DNA of 64,000 nucleotides, from contig OZ024757.1 of the NCBI GenBank assembly GCA_964016885.1, positions 7,502,001 to 7,566,000 of the forward strand, in the 5' to 3' direction. A model generated the notes under the pieces. It was not told where the DNA came from, did not search any database, and was given only the letters and a program-made list of their open reading frames with translations. The position numbers and the translations under genes were made by a program. Shown one piece after another: positions 38,135-50,719 of the stretch (positions within the stretch are counted from its first letter, which is position 1; each line of letters starts with the position of its first letter). The DNA is from Eledone cirrhosa. Lineage: Eukaryota.

Positions 38135-38994
38135 TTGATATATAAATATAAACATATATATATATACACTCATATGTCTGTTTATATATATATAAATACA
38201 CATATATAAAGATATATATACTCTTACATGCATACATATGAAAAAGTATATATGTATGTAAACACATACTTAAACATACATGTATATACATATAGATGGA
38301 CAGTTATACATATACAATAAGTTATTTCTATACATACATATACCACAAGTAAGGCATGGTGTTGCCAACTAACCAGACCTCCCTCATAATGGACCAGCTA
38401 GATCCCAAAATACAGGCCTGCTAGCCAACACAGTCCCAATAAGTGTAAGTTACAGCGCAGCTATCTAGACAGACTTGTCTTAAGACTACTCATTATCCCA
38501 CTACATCTTTTGTATACTATATATATACTGTATATATACTGTTTATATATATATACACACACATATATAATTGTGTATTCACACATTATCATAGTAATGA
38601 AATAATTAATAATTTTAGTAAATTGTTCAACATTCTTCATTAACCCTTTTGGTAGAAACCCAGCCAAAACTGTTTCTCGTTCTATGGAAATGGTTCCTAT
38701 CTAAATTAAAGTCTTCCAACGAAATTCTATATAACAACCATATGTTAAGTTACTATGTTAGTAATTAACTAACAATTGTGAGAGATAGCTCAAAATTATT
38801 CATAATTAATTGAAATACGAGGTTCATAATTATAATAAAATCTTCGAATAGGCTACGAAGCCGGTAATCCCTAAAGGTACGCAACACACAAATTGCTATA
38901 GCATTTCACCAGCCCCTTCCTTTCTCAATCATTACATAGATGTGTGTGTATGTAATAATTATTTTATATTGTGTGTCTGTTTATGAATATGTAT

Positions 38995-39890
38995 GAGTAG
39001 AGATGTGTGTGTGTGTGTAACCCAATAGATGTGTGTATGTAACTCAGTAGATGTGTGTGTGTGTAACACAGTAGATGTATGTGTATGTAACACACTAGAT
39101 GTGTGTGTATAACACAGTAGATGTATGTGTATGTAACACAGTAGATGTATGTGTATGTAACACAGTAGATGTATGTGTATGTAACACAGTAGATGTGCGT
39201 GTATGTAACACAGTAGATGTGTGTGTGTAAACCAGTAGATGTGTGTGTATGTAACACAGTAGATATGTATGTAACACAGTAGATGTGTGTATGTAACATG
39301 GTAGATATGTGTGTGCATGTAACACAGTAGATGTGTGTGTGTGTAACACAGTAGATGTGTGTATGTAACACAGTAGATGTGTGTGTGTGTAACCCAGTAG
39401 ATGTGTGTGTATGTAATACAGTAGATGTGTGTGTGTCTATAACCCAGTAGATGTGTGTGTGTGTGTGTGTATGTAACCCAGATGTGTGTAGGTAACACAG
39501 TAGATGTGTGTGTGTAACCCAGATGTGTGTGTATGTAACTCAGTAGATATGTGTGTATGTAACTCAGTAGATATGTGTGTATGTAACTCAGCAGATGTGT
39601 GTGTGTGTAACACAGTACATGTATGCGTATGTAACACACTAGATGTGTGTGTATATATAACACAGTAGATGTCTGTATGTAACACAGTAGATGTTCGTGT
39701 ATGTAACAGAGTAGATGTGTAAGTATGTAACACAGATGTGTATGTAACACAGTAGATGTGCGTGTATGTAACACAGTAGATGTGTGTATATATATAACAC
39801 AGTAGATGTGTGTGAATGTAACAGTAGATGTGTGTGTATATATAACACAGTAGATGTGTGTATATGTAACACAGTAGATGTGTATGTAAC
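38995..39890. repeat. ~24-bp minisatellite (GTATGTAACACAGTAGATGTGTGT)
   Basis: More than 30 tandem variant units. Confidence 0.95.
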
Positions 39891-40176
39891 TAAAGTGTAA
39901 CGTACGTTACGAATGGACGACTAAATGATTTTAACTTGTTTTTTAACAATTGATGGTGGAAAAGATTTTAAATTGTCTCAACTCAGACCATAAAGGGCCG
40001 CAACACGTGCTGTCTGACACTCTTATCGGCTACAATGCCTGGGAGTCTATTTTACCGACACCGGCTACATAGCTTCTTCCTAAAATCTTCCAACTGTTAC
40101 TAATAAAATAATTAATAATTAAAAACTTTAGTAAATTCTTCCAATGATATCTCAGTAATGAAATAATTACTAATTG

Positions 40177-40796
40177 GGTACTGTCGTGGTATTAGCTGTC
40201 AGAAAGAAGGTGACGTCATTCGTCAACCTTCTCAATCGTTTATTTCCGTATCACCACGCGGTTATTTACGTTTATGATTTCATTTATGGGAACCAAATAA
40301 CCCCGTAATTTGAGAGAGAAACGATAATATACAATCTTATTTAACATGTGCATTAAAAACTACACTAGCTGTTACAATTGTAATTAACGTGTAAGAACTT
40401 AAACGAAAATATAGGAGGCCCTTAAAAGGGCCGGTGTTGAACTTAAATTTGTTTTCTAATTTGATAACCATGACTTGTTTCAACACCGGCCCTTTTAAGG
40501 GCCACCTATATTTTCATTTAAGTTCTTACACGTTAATTACAATTGTAACAGCTAGTGTAGTTTTTAATGCACATGTTAAATAAGATTGTATATTATCGTT
40601 TCTCTCGAAAATTACGGGGTTATTTGGTCCCCATATTATTTTTTTAATAAGTGTATCTCATCGTATGCGTATCTCTTAGAAAATCCTAAACATAAATAAA
40701 GGGAATAGTGATACGGAAATAAAGGATTGAGAAGGTTGACGAATGACGTCACCTTCTTCTGCTTTCACTTCTGACAGCTAATATCATGACACTGCC
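40177..40796. repeat. Fold-back with ~260-320-bp arms; each inner end carries a histone-type stem-loop
   Basis: GGCCCTTTTAAGGGCC at 40488-40503 (+, followed by ACC) and 40417-40432 (-); TGACGTCA in both outer arms. Confidence 0.9.
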
Positions 40797-41014
40797 GAAA
40801 TATATGTTATAAATACCTCAAAATTCCTCATTAATTAAACCCAAGACAGGTAAAACTCTTTCAGTCGGACATAAAACAAATTAATTTCCAATGGAAGAAA
40901 AGATGTTAAAGTCAGCCAAGGGAGATCACTCTCAGCGACTTATTGGAATTCTTGTTCGTGAATTAATCTGGAATAAGTCATTCCGGTGTATTTTGTGTGG
41001 AGGAAACCGGTTTT

Positions 41015-41340
41015 AGGTGGTGATAGCACGCCGTACATGAACGTATGGTTCCTGAGTTCGAATCCCAGATCGGGTGGTCTGTACGTTGAGGCCTTGAACA
41101 AGACACTTTATTTCTCATTGTTTTATTTCACCCAGCTGGAAAAATAATAAGTTGTACCAGTAATTATAGGGTAAACGTTGTTACATAGAATTGTCGCACT
41201 GAATCTCCCTGAGAACAATGTCAACGGTATACGTGTCAATGAAATACTCAGACACATTATAACATAAGATGGGTTCTACCCTTGTATTTCAAAGGGAAGC
41301 CATGTCATACATCTCGCTGAATCTCCCTGAGAACTACGTA
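41015..41340 (+). mobile_element. tRNA-derived SINE family 2
   Basis: GAGTTCGAATCCC B-box, CTTGAACAAGACACTTTATTTC core, duplicated CTGAATCTCCCTGAGAAC tail. Confidence 0.75.
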
Positions 41341-41349
41341 TATACTAGT

Positions 41350-41640
41350 GACTATCAGACATATTGTATCTAGGACTACATTATCTAATGTACAGTACAG
41401 TAATTAGTATTAGTGGCTATCACACATAGTGTATCTAGGACTACATTATCTAATGTACAGTATAGTGTATATCAGACATATCGTACCTAGGACTACATTA
41501 TCTAATGTACAGTATAGTAGCTATCAGACATAGTGTATCTAGGATTATATTTTCTAATGTACAGTATAGTGGCTATCAGACATAGTGTATCTAGGACTAC
41601 ATTATCTAATGTTCAGTATAGCAGTTAGTATTTGTGGCTA
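41350..41640. repeat. ~52-bp minisatellite (ATCAGACATAGTGTATCTAGGACTACATTATCTAATGTACAGTATAGTGGCT)
   Basis: About 5 units. Confidence 0.9.
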
Positions 41641-41679
41641 TCATTATTATAGACTTCAAGTAAATCTTTGTCAACTTAC

Positions 41680-41878
41680 CTCCTTCAGATATAATCAATG
41701 TGTTGTGTTGTTAGTTGTTACTAAACAACCAAAGAAATAATCTCTTTGTTATCAAATTAGAAGTTTCAATGTTATCAGCTTTATTTCACGACATTAACGT
41801 TGGTGTATCTTCTTCTTATTTAGTCATAAATTGATATCTTGTCAGAATGAAGTAGTGAGGCTGACTTTATGTCTTTAG
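41680..41878 (-). other. Putative non-coding 5'UTR exon (199 nt), copy 1
   Basis: Acceptor tctgtag| and donor GAG|GTAAGT, both conserved in the paralog 59972-60170. Confidence 0.55.
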
Positions 41879-42681
41879 CTACAGATTTGTTAGGAAATAT
41901 CTATATATTAGGTTGCTATGTGGTCTAAAATATATATATTGTCTATAAATGACTGATAGCAGATGTTCTGGTGAAATAGTAGTTTTACTACTACAGATTG
42001 TAATGGAACTCTTAGTAGACACAATTGTAAAGTAAGAATAGATATGACAGTGTAAGACTGATGTCGGGGAATTAAAATTGTGTCTGTGTGTATATATATA
42101 TATATATAATTGTTACACAAGATATAATTAGATTCAGAAGACAGCAGGTACTCGATGTCGTTGGAAATGATTTAACTCCCTTACCGGTGTCATTAGTTAA
42201 AAGTCCCTGATATAATTTAATACACTCAAACAGTTCCAATCGTATTTAATCGATAGTAAATGAAAAGGTATCACTCAGTAAAATATCAATTATATATCGA
42301 CGCAGTGTCTCTGACTGCTAGAAATAGCAGTGAAATTATCCATTACAGACTTTTCTTTCTTTAAACTCTTACGTTTAGTAGATGTTTGTGTTGAGAATGT
42401 GTGTATTTGTGTATTGTATCACGGAAGTCACCATTGAAGATGTTAAAAGCAATGTTGTGGAAAATAGCATCGTACGACTTTGTAATTGTTTATATATAAT
42501 TTATTGTCAGATTAGAAAGGTTATAATAATGTCTCTTCAGAGGATAGTTAATGTTATCAATAAAAAGGTTATAAAGATTTAAAGACGTACGGTCAACTGG
42601 CTGAGGCGTTAGCCAGACCTGTAGTGATATCTGTTGCTGCATATTGTCTATGCTTGAGGAACGAAAGCAAGAGATGTTTAC

Positions 42682-42860
42682 CTTCACGGTGTCGAGCTGC
42701 AAGAGAGAGAGTTTCGAATCTCTCCGGAAATTTTTCCTTCTGGGCGGATGTCGAGGTACATTTTCCTACGCTGGTAGCGATTGGTTGAACTGAGCCAAAC
42801 AGCGCACAGAGAATGTATCCATGAGCCCTCGGAATGTAGGTCACTACAATACCCTCTATT
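42682..42860 (-). promoter_or_regulatory. Putative promoter/first exon, copy 1
   Basis: ACTACAATACCC (ZNF143/THAP11-like) at 42843-42854, CCAAT box ~42781, GGGCGG, donor AAG|GTAAAC at 42681. Confidence 0.55.
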
Positions 42861-42961
42861 TAGTCTGCAAGATGATATATAAGATTGAATCAGCAGGAAA
42901 ATTGCTTAAGAGGGCACATCACAGAAAAAATTGAACAAAAGAATGTATATATATATACGTG

Positions 42962-42992
<31 letters not shown>

Positions 42993-43067
42993 ATATATAT
43001 AACCCATGCTATCGTGCAAAGTGGACGTTAAAGGATGATGATGATGATATATATATGTATATATATA

Positions 43068-45595
43068 TCATCATCATCATCATCGTTTAACGTCCATATT
43101 CCACGCTTGCATGGGTTTGGACGGGAGTTTTCCCACTTGAGGCAAGAGTGGTTGTCTTGCTCGCATAGGACTGTCTGGCGGATTTTCTACGGCTGGATGC
43201 CCTTCCTAACACCAACCACATTTACAGTGTAGAACTGGGAGGTTTTTACCGTGTTATCTACACGGCCACATTACAGCGTGGACTGTGTATTTTTGTCGTG
43301 AGACCTACACGACCTCATTTGTTTCGGCCTGGATGTTGTGGTACCAACATAACTTTACATGGAAAGAGGTGAAGTGGATAGGGTGTGGGTATATTTTGTT
43401 AGAGGTGTCTACTGACTGTAGTAGGTTTTACTTTGTATTTAGGTAAGGCGGGTCTTCTCTATTACTGTGTAGCGCCAAAGATCTCGGTCCAGAGACATTG
43501 TCTTGGAGAGGTGTAAGTGTGTGAGGTCGGAATTTATCAAGTCGTCCCAGGTTTTTCAGGAACTGCCTACTCCGTGGCTACCGCCTATTTTTATTGCCCT
43601 GCACTTTGTTATACAGCTGTCGTCTTTCATGCGCATCACGTGACCATACCAACATAGTCTTCTCTCGAGTAAACAACATCTGATCCCTCTTATTCCTAAT
43701 TTCTCCCTTAGTTTGTTTATGCTTTGCCGTTCACGTATATTACTATTACACATCCAGCGGAGCATGCAAGCTTCGTTCCTCTCTAGTCTGCGTATATCCT
43801 CTGCACACAATGCCCAGGTCTCACGGCCATGCAACATTTATGTTCGTATGCAGGCATCATACAGCCTACCTTTCATTTTTAAGGAGAACGCTTTAGCGGC
43901 TAATAGTGGTATAAGCTCTCTGAACTTTTTCCATCCAGTTCTGACTCTAGCTACTGTACTTTCAGAGCACCCACCCCTACTGCTGATTTTGTCACCCAGG
44001 TAACGGAAGCTGTCCACTATTTCTATAGAACCATCTGTGCAATCGAATGAGCTAGTATTCTGTGGGCACTTGCTGCTACTTATTGCACCAGAGCACCGGC
44101 CACATATAAAAGCAATGTTCTTAGTTAGCTTACTTGTGATCCCCCTACATCTTTTATGCACCCATACTTTGCATTTGGGACATAAAATGGAGTTTCTACC
44201 TACTCCTTTGCTACACACTGAGCATGGCCATTTCCCGGATAGGACCGGCGCCCTATTTTACTTCCTACAAACTAGAACTTTAGTCTTAGACAGGTTAATT
44301 TTAAGGCCTTTTGATTCTAGGCCATGCTTCCATGTTTGGAATTTGTGCTCTAGTTCGGCCATTGATTCAGCTATGAGCGTTAGATCATCTGCGTATAGGA
44401 GTTCCCATGGGCAGCCGGTCTTGAACTCCACTGTTATAGCCTGAAGGGCAATAATAAATAGTAGGGGGATAAGAACGGAGCCCTGATGAACACCAACTTT
44501 TACGCTAAACTCTTCACTATATTCGTTGTTAATTCTAACCTTGCTGACTGTTTCTTTATACATGGCTTGTATAGCTCTCACAAGCCATTCATCAACACCT
44601 AGTTTTCTAAGAGCCCACCAGATAATGGAACGGGGGACTCTGTCGAAGGCTTTCTCCAAGTCGACAAAAGCTAAGTATAGGGGTTTACTTTTAGCTAGGT
44701 ACTTCTCCTGTAGTTGTCGTACAATGAAAAGAGCGTCTGTGGTACTTTTGCCTGACACAAACCCGAACTGCATTTCATCTAGATCAATTCTCTCTCTGAT
44801 TAGTTGCACTATTACTTTTTCTGTGACCTTCATGACCTGGTCGATTAATTTAATGCCTCTATTGTTACTCCTATCTAGGGCATCTCCTTTACCCTTGTAG
44901 CAGTTAATGATGATGCTGCTATGCCAGTCCTTCGGAACAACCCCATTCTGTATGACTTGGTTTACTATCCGTGTGACCATGGTGTGTCCCACCGTTCCAA
45001 GGATTTCAGCATTTCAGCAACTATTTCCGAAAGCCCAGCCGCCTTACCCGTCTTCATATCTTTGATTGCCTTACTTATACTACCTTCGACTAACACTGCT
45101 GTTCCCTCTATTGGGTCGATGTGGGGGAAACTGTCTTTCTCCCATTTATTCTCCTCATTTAGTAGCCTTTCGTAGTGACACTTCCAAGCTACCTTCTTAT
45201 CAGCGTCAGTGATGGCAAGTACGCCATCATCATTAAGTACACACTTCTCCCCTAAAATATCACGGTTTTCCTTGACACATTGCCTAGCAATCCTGAACAC
45301 CTCACGTTTTTGGTCCTCGCGTTGTAGAACATGCTTGAACTTTCTTTCCTCTGCTTCCCTTCTTGCAAAGTACACTTATCTCCTAGCTTCCCTCCTGGCC
45401 ACCAGATAGTGTTCTATACTTCCCCCATCCCACCATGCTTTCCAAGCCTGCTTTTTGGCCTTAATTGACTCATCCCCCTTACTGTTCCACCACCATGTTA
45501 CTCTCCTCCTGCCTATAGATCTGCTCCAGACACAGATTTCATCTGCTGCCATCAGCAAGTTTGCTTTCAGGAATTCCCATTGTTCCTCTATATTG
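43068..45595 (-). mobile_element. RTE LINE, 5'-truncated, inserted in (TA)n
   Basis: AFVDLEKAFDRV, QGSVL, LLYADD, FRYLG; (CAT)n tail; absent from the paralogous copy at ~61230. Confidence 0.95.
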
Positions 45596-45670
45596 TACAT
45601 ATATATGTATATATATATATATGAATATAGATGTATATATATATGTATGTATATATGATATATATATGTA

Positions 45671-46530
45671 CATGTGTGGACGATATTTGGTCGCAATTTT
45701 CAACTGCTAATTTTATGCCAATTTTTTTTACTCCGTTGTCACTCTTGTCCTCATAAAAACAGTGACTATATTTCCATTATTTATTTTCAGAATAATTGAT
45801 TATGAATAATTTTGAACCTCCAAATTTGTGGCAGAGACACGGAGTTCTTCTTGGAATCTGCGCCGGGAGGACAAATAAGACCAGAAGTTAACTCCCAGAA
45901 CAACATGTGGCTCGCTGTCTCATCCAAAGACGTGCCCAGAGTCATACAGATAAAGTTTCCACCGACAACAGTGGTCTTAGGTGTCGTCATGCCACCTGAC
46001 TGCTTCCCTGAGGGTCTCAAGCTGAACACCGATGGCTACATTCGCGTTCTGAGCGAGGTAGTAAAGCCCTTGATGGACCAGGTAGCTGCAGGTAGGCCGT
46101 ACGTGTGGCAACAAGACTCAGCGCCCTGCCATACCAGCCGAATGATCCAAGCCTATCTGACAGAGAACTTCGTTGACCTCACCTCCCCTGACATCTGGCC
46201 GCCCAGCTAGTCTGATTGCAATCCTCTCGAATTCTTTGTGTGGGGCGCAGTGAAACAAGACACCAACAGATCTAGCTGCAATACGAAAGACGATCTGAAG
46301 GCCAGGATCACAAGTGCCTTTAGGGGCCTAAGTAAGGGGACAGTGACGAAGGCCTGTAGGCGGTTTCGAAGCCGTCATAAAAGCCAATGGCAGGTTTATC
46401 AAGTGAGATTGAAAGAACAAGTCATGAAGACAAACTGACCCAAGTTTGATAAATAAATCTTAAAAAACAAAACTACTGTGTTATTATTTCCTAGACAGTA
46501 ATCTTGCGAATAATTATCGTCCGCACCCTG
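45671..46530 (+). mobile_element. Tc1/mariner DD37D (maT-like) deletion derivative
   Basis: Imperfect TIRs, TA flanks, WQQDSAPCH...WPPS..DCNPL(D/E) with 37-residue spacing. Confidence 0.85.
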
Positions 46531-46586
46531 TATGTATACATATATAATATATGATATATAATATATATATATATATATGTATATAT

Positions 46587-47998
46587 AAAAAGGGGATGAT
46601 CCGGAGAGGAGCAATTATAGGGGTATAAAACTGATGGATCGGGTTATGAAAGTGGCAGAAAGGATATTAACACAACTAATTAGAGAAAGGGTCAAACTAG
46701 ATGAGATGCAGTTTGGTTTTGTGCCTGGGAAGAGAACAACAGATGCCCTCTTCTTGGTGAGACAATTGCAAGAGAGGTTCTGAGAGAAGAATAAGTCACT
46801 ATACTTAGCCTTTGTTGACCTAGAGAAGGCCTTTGATAGGGTTCCCCGATCTGTCATCTGGAGGTCCCTAAGGAAACTAGGTTTTGAGGAATGGCTTGTG
46901 AGGACAGTGCAAACTATGTACAGAGGTTCTGTCAGTAAAGTCAGGGTAGGAATGGAGTTTAGTGAGGAATTCCAGATACAAGTAAGAGTACATCAAGGTT
47001 CGGTCCTCAGCCTGCTCTTGTTCATTATAGGCCTCCAAGCCATAACAGAGGAGTTTAAGACTGGCTGAGCATGGGAACTTCTCTATGCTGACGATCTGGT
47101 TCTTATAGCAGAATCAGTAGAGGAGCTAGAGAATAAATTCTGGCTATGGAAACAGCAGTTGGAAGCAAGAGGACTGAGGGTGAACCTAGCTAAGACAAAA
47201 GTGTTGATGAGTAGAAAAGAGGACAAAACTCTGATTCCCTCAAGGAAATGGCCATATTCGATATGCAGAAAAGGAACTGGCATAAATTCTATAAAATGCA
47301 CACAATGCAGATGTTGGGTACACAAGAGATGTAGTGGGATAGCAGGCAAACTAACAGGTAGGGAGAAATACGTATGCAGTAGATGTACAGGGAAATTAGA
47401 CAGTAGAAGTCGCATTGATAGACACATTTTTCAAATGCAGGAGGGCGCTATAGAAGTGGTGGATAGCTTCCGGTACCTCGGAGATCAGATTAGCATGGGA
47501 GGAGGGTGTTCCGAGGCCATAGTATCTAGAATAAGGACGGGTTGGAAGAAGTTTAGGGAGCTGCTTCCTCTGCTGGCGAAGAAGGGTTTCTTCCTGCGTA
47601 CGAAAGGCCGGTTGTATGATGCTTGTGTGTTGAGCGCGATGCTGCATGCAGTGTAAATGTGCATGAACGACCCAGCATAAATGTGTTGAGAGAGAAACTG
47701 TGTCTGAGAGGGATAGAATGTAGTGTATGGGAGAGGAGACTGAGGTGGTATGGACATGTCATGCACATGGAGGATGACCGATGGTTGAAGAAGTGCCAGG
47801 AAATGCCAGTTGAGTACGTGGTAGGGGTAGACCACGAAAAACATGGGTGGAGGTGGTGAGAACAGACCTCAGATCATTGAAGCTCACGGTGGAGATGACG
47901 AAGGACCGTGACGAGTGGAGAGATGCTGAGCTTAATAAGACCCTTCCCACCCTTGCAAGCAGGGAAAAGCGAACGTAAAATGATGATGATGATGATGA
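46587..47998 (+). mobile_element. RTE LINE (second subfamily), 5'-truncated
   Basis: NYRGIKLMD, QFGF, LLYADD, FRYLG, (GAT)n tail. Confidence 0.93.
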
Positions 47999-48017
47999 TA
48001 TATATATATATATATAT

Positions 48018-48240
48018 ATCATCATCATCACTGTTTTACGTCCGTTCTTCTATGCTAGCATGGGTTAGACGGGCTGTCCTGTTGTGGGCAGTGTCCGGTT
48101 GGCTGACCTTGTCTTGCTCATACGGGAACTGATTCTGCCTTGATTTCTACAGCTGGATGCCCTTCCGAACACAAACCTTATTTACACTGAGAGATGGGTA
48201 CTTTTCTTCCGTGGTGCCTACATGTCCACTTTATAGTATG
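48018..48240 (-). mobile_element. RTE 3'UTR/tail
   Basis: (CAT)n plus TTTACGTCCGTTCTTC...; inverted relative to ~48720-48963. Confidence 0.85.
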
Positions 48241-48384
48241 GGTTGATATATATATAATATATATATAATATATATATATATAATATATATATATCATATA
48301 ATATATATAATATATATATATCATATAATATATATAACATATATATATATATAATATAATATATATATCTATATATATCTGAGA

Positions 48385-48963
48385 CAGACTGAGCATCAGA
48401 GGAATCAAATGCTGTGTGCAGGAGAGTCGGTTGCGTTGGTATGGACATGTGATGCGTATGAAGGATGATAGCTGCATAAAAAGGTGCAGAGCACTAGAAG
48501 TCGATGGAAGCCGCGGAGTGGGGAGACCCAAGATGACCTGGGATGAGGTAATAAAAGCCGACCCTACCCAATTACACCTCTCAAAGGCAATGACACACGA
48601 CCGTGACCTCTGGCGTCACGCAGTAATACAGAGTACCCGACCTCCCATGGGTACAAGTTGAAGCATATAGACAATATGCCCCCACACCCCCCACTGCAAG
48701 GTGGTCGTGGAGGTGCCACGGCAAAAAAGCACCCAGCCCACACTGTAAAGTGGACGTGTAGGCGCCACGAAAAAGCACCCAGCACTCACTGTAAATGAGG
48801 TTGGTGTTAGGAAGGGCATCCAGCTGTAGAAATCAAGCCAGACCAGTTCCTGTATGAGCAAGGAATGGTCAGCCGACCAGACACTGCCCAGAACAGGACA
48901 ACCTGTCTAACCCATGCTAACGTGGAAGAACGGACGTAAAACAGTGATGAGGATGATGATGAT
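48385..48963 (+). mobile_element. RTE LINE 3' fragment
   Basis: RLRWYGHVMRMKDD...GRPKMTW; 3'UTR; (GAT)n tail. Confidence 0.9.
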
Positions 48964-49153
48964 ATCTAAAATAGAGAATGCCTAAAACTGAAGAACCACC
49001 CAACCGATTGTCTTTAAACTTTAGACATGTAATATTTATAGTCCTGTGAGTGTTTTGAGGAGAAAAATTTCAAATTTTCAATGCCCTAGGGACCGCATTA
49101 GGCGATTTAGCGATCTCCAGCACATTCGGCTAGTAATATATATATAATATATA

Positions 49154-49362
49154 TGGCTTAGTGGTTAGAACATTGGGCTTGTAATTGAAAGGTTGTGAGT
49201 TCAAATCTCGGACCGGGTGATGTGTTATGTCCTTGAGCAAGACACTTTACTTCACGTTGCTCCTTCTACCTGGAGTTGTGACCAATAGATAGTATTAGCA
49301 ATTGGAAAGACCAATGGAAACATTGTTTCTTCGGTCCAATTTGACGAAAGTCGATCGACTGA
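49154..49362 (+). mobile_element. tRNA-derived SINE family 3
   Basis: TGGCTTAGTGGTTAG A-box, GAGTTCAAATC B-box; body and tail shared with 55974-56187. Confidence 0.85.
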
Positions 49363-49554
49363 CGATATATATATGTATATATATATATTATACATATATA
49401 TATAATATATATATATATATATGTGTCACTTGCTGGATCTGCTAGAAGGACCCAGATAATATGAGATGTTCTCCCGGCTGTATCATATACTGCAAATCTA
49501 TGCAGATGTATACACATATATACACAAACACAAAGATACACTTGTAATTATACA

Positions 49555-50456
49555 CACATTGAAGTGGTTGATAGCTTCTGTGACTTAATTAGCAGTGGAG
49601 GATGACTGTATAACACCTGCCAATAAAATATGATGCTGCATGGTAGTGAAACAAGGGCTGTGACAGTAGAAAAAAAGTGTAGACTGGAGAGGAATGAAGC
49701 AACCATGATACATTGGATGTGCCATTTAAGTGTGAGAGAAAGGCAGAGCTTGGACAAATTGAGGGAGAAGCTGGGTTTAAGAGGGATCTTATGAGATGTG
49801 TAAGAGAGAAGACTGGATTGGTACGGACATGTGATACACATGGATAATGACAGCTGGGTGAAGAAGTGCCAGGATATCACAGTAGAAAGAAGCCATAGTA
49901 GAGGTACACCAAGAAAGACCTGGACAGAGGCTGTGTGAACTGACTCTCACAGAGGAGATGACAAAGGAACACGACAAGTTGAAAGATGCCATGTTGAGAA
50001 GGACATGTCCAGCCCAAGGAAGCATAGAAAAACGAACATAAAAACAGTGATGATGTTGATGAAGATGACGTACATATACACACATACATAATAAATAAAT
50101 CAAATACAGATATGCACAGTGGAGGCACATGTCTTAGTGGTTAGAGCATTGGCCTTGCAATCGAAAGGTTGTGAGTTCAATTCTCAGACTGTGTGATGTG
50201 ATGTTTCCTTGAGCAAGACACTTTATTTCACATTGCTCCAGTTTATTCAGCTGAAGAAATGAGATGATAGGGACTGGGGTTCCTATCATTCCACTGCAAA
50301 GTGGTCGTGGAGGTGCCACGGCAAAAAGCACCCAGCATTCACTGTAAATGAGGTTGGTGTTAGGAAGGGCATCCAGCTGTAGAAATCAAGCCAGAATCAA
50401 TTCAGTCCCACCCTTGCAAGCAGGGAAAAGCGGACACAAAATGATGATGATGATGA
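49555..50456 (+). mobile_element. Old RTE 3' fragment, SINE family 2 (~50123-50270) and RTE tail (~50290-50456)
   Basis: RTE C-terminal remnants, SINE head, (GAT)n tails. Confidence 0.75.
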
Positions 50457-50719
50457 TATGCACATACTTATATACAAACATATACATGGACACAAATTTC
50501 TACACACATACATTCACATATAACATATGTCAATTCTGAACAATACAGTTTAGTCAGCACAAGTCTTGGTTACAACTTCTACAAATAAAATGAAAGAAGA
50601 AGAATTTCTTAGTAAAACAGTTTTATTCAAGATATTAACAACATTGGTGGCAGTATTTTAGGTGAGTCACATGGTTTTTACCTTGTCTGATTGTGTTTGT
50701 GTTGCATCAAGTAACATTT

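Larger units (their letters stand above)
41648..48233. repeat. Segmental duplication copy 1 (paralogous to 59940-64000, plus a private RTE insertion)
   Basis: Colinear identity with offset ~18.3 kb before and ~15.6 kb after the 43068-45595 insertion. Confidence 0.93.

Noticed and set aside
38959-39872. 271-aa repetitive ORF and CRISPR-like regular repeats
   Set aside because: Eukaryotic minisatellite with no unique spacers and no cas genes
41350-41640. Regular ~52-bp repeats resembling a CRISPR array
   Set aside because: Head-to-tail units without distinct spacers
49154-49230. tRNA gene candidates (also ~41020, ~50125, ~55974)
   Set aside because: A/B boxes are present but there is no full cloverleaf; they continue into SINE bodies and one has a TSD
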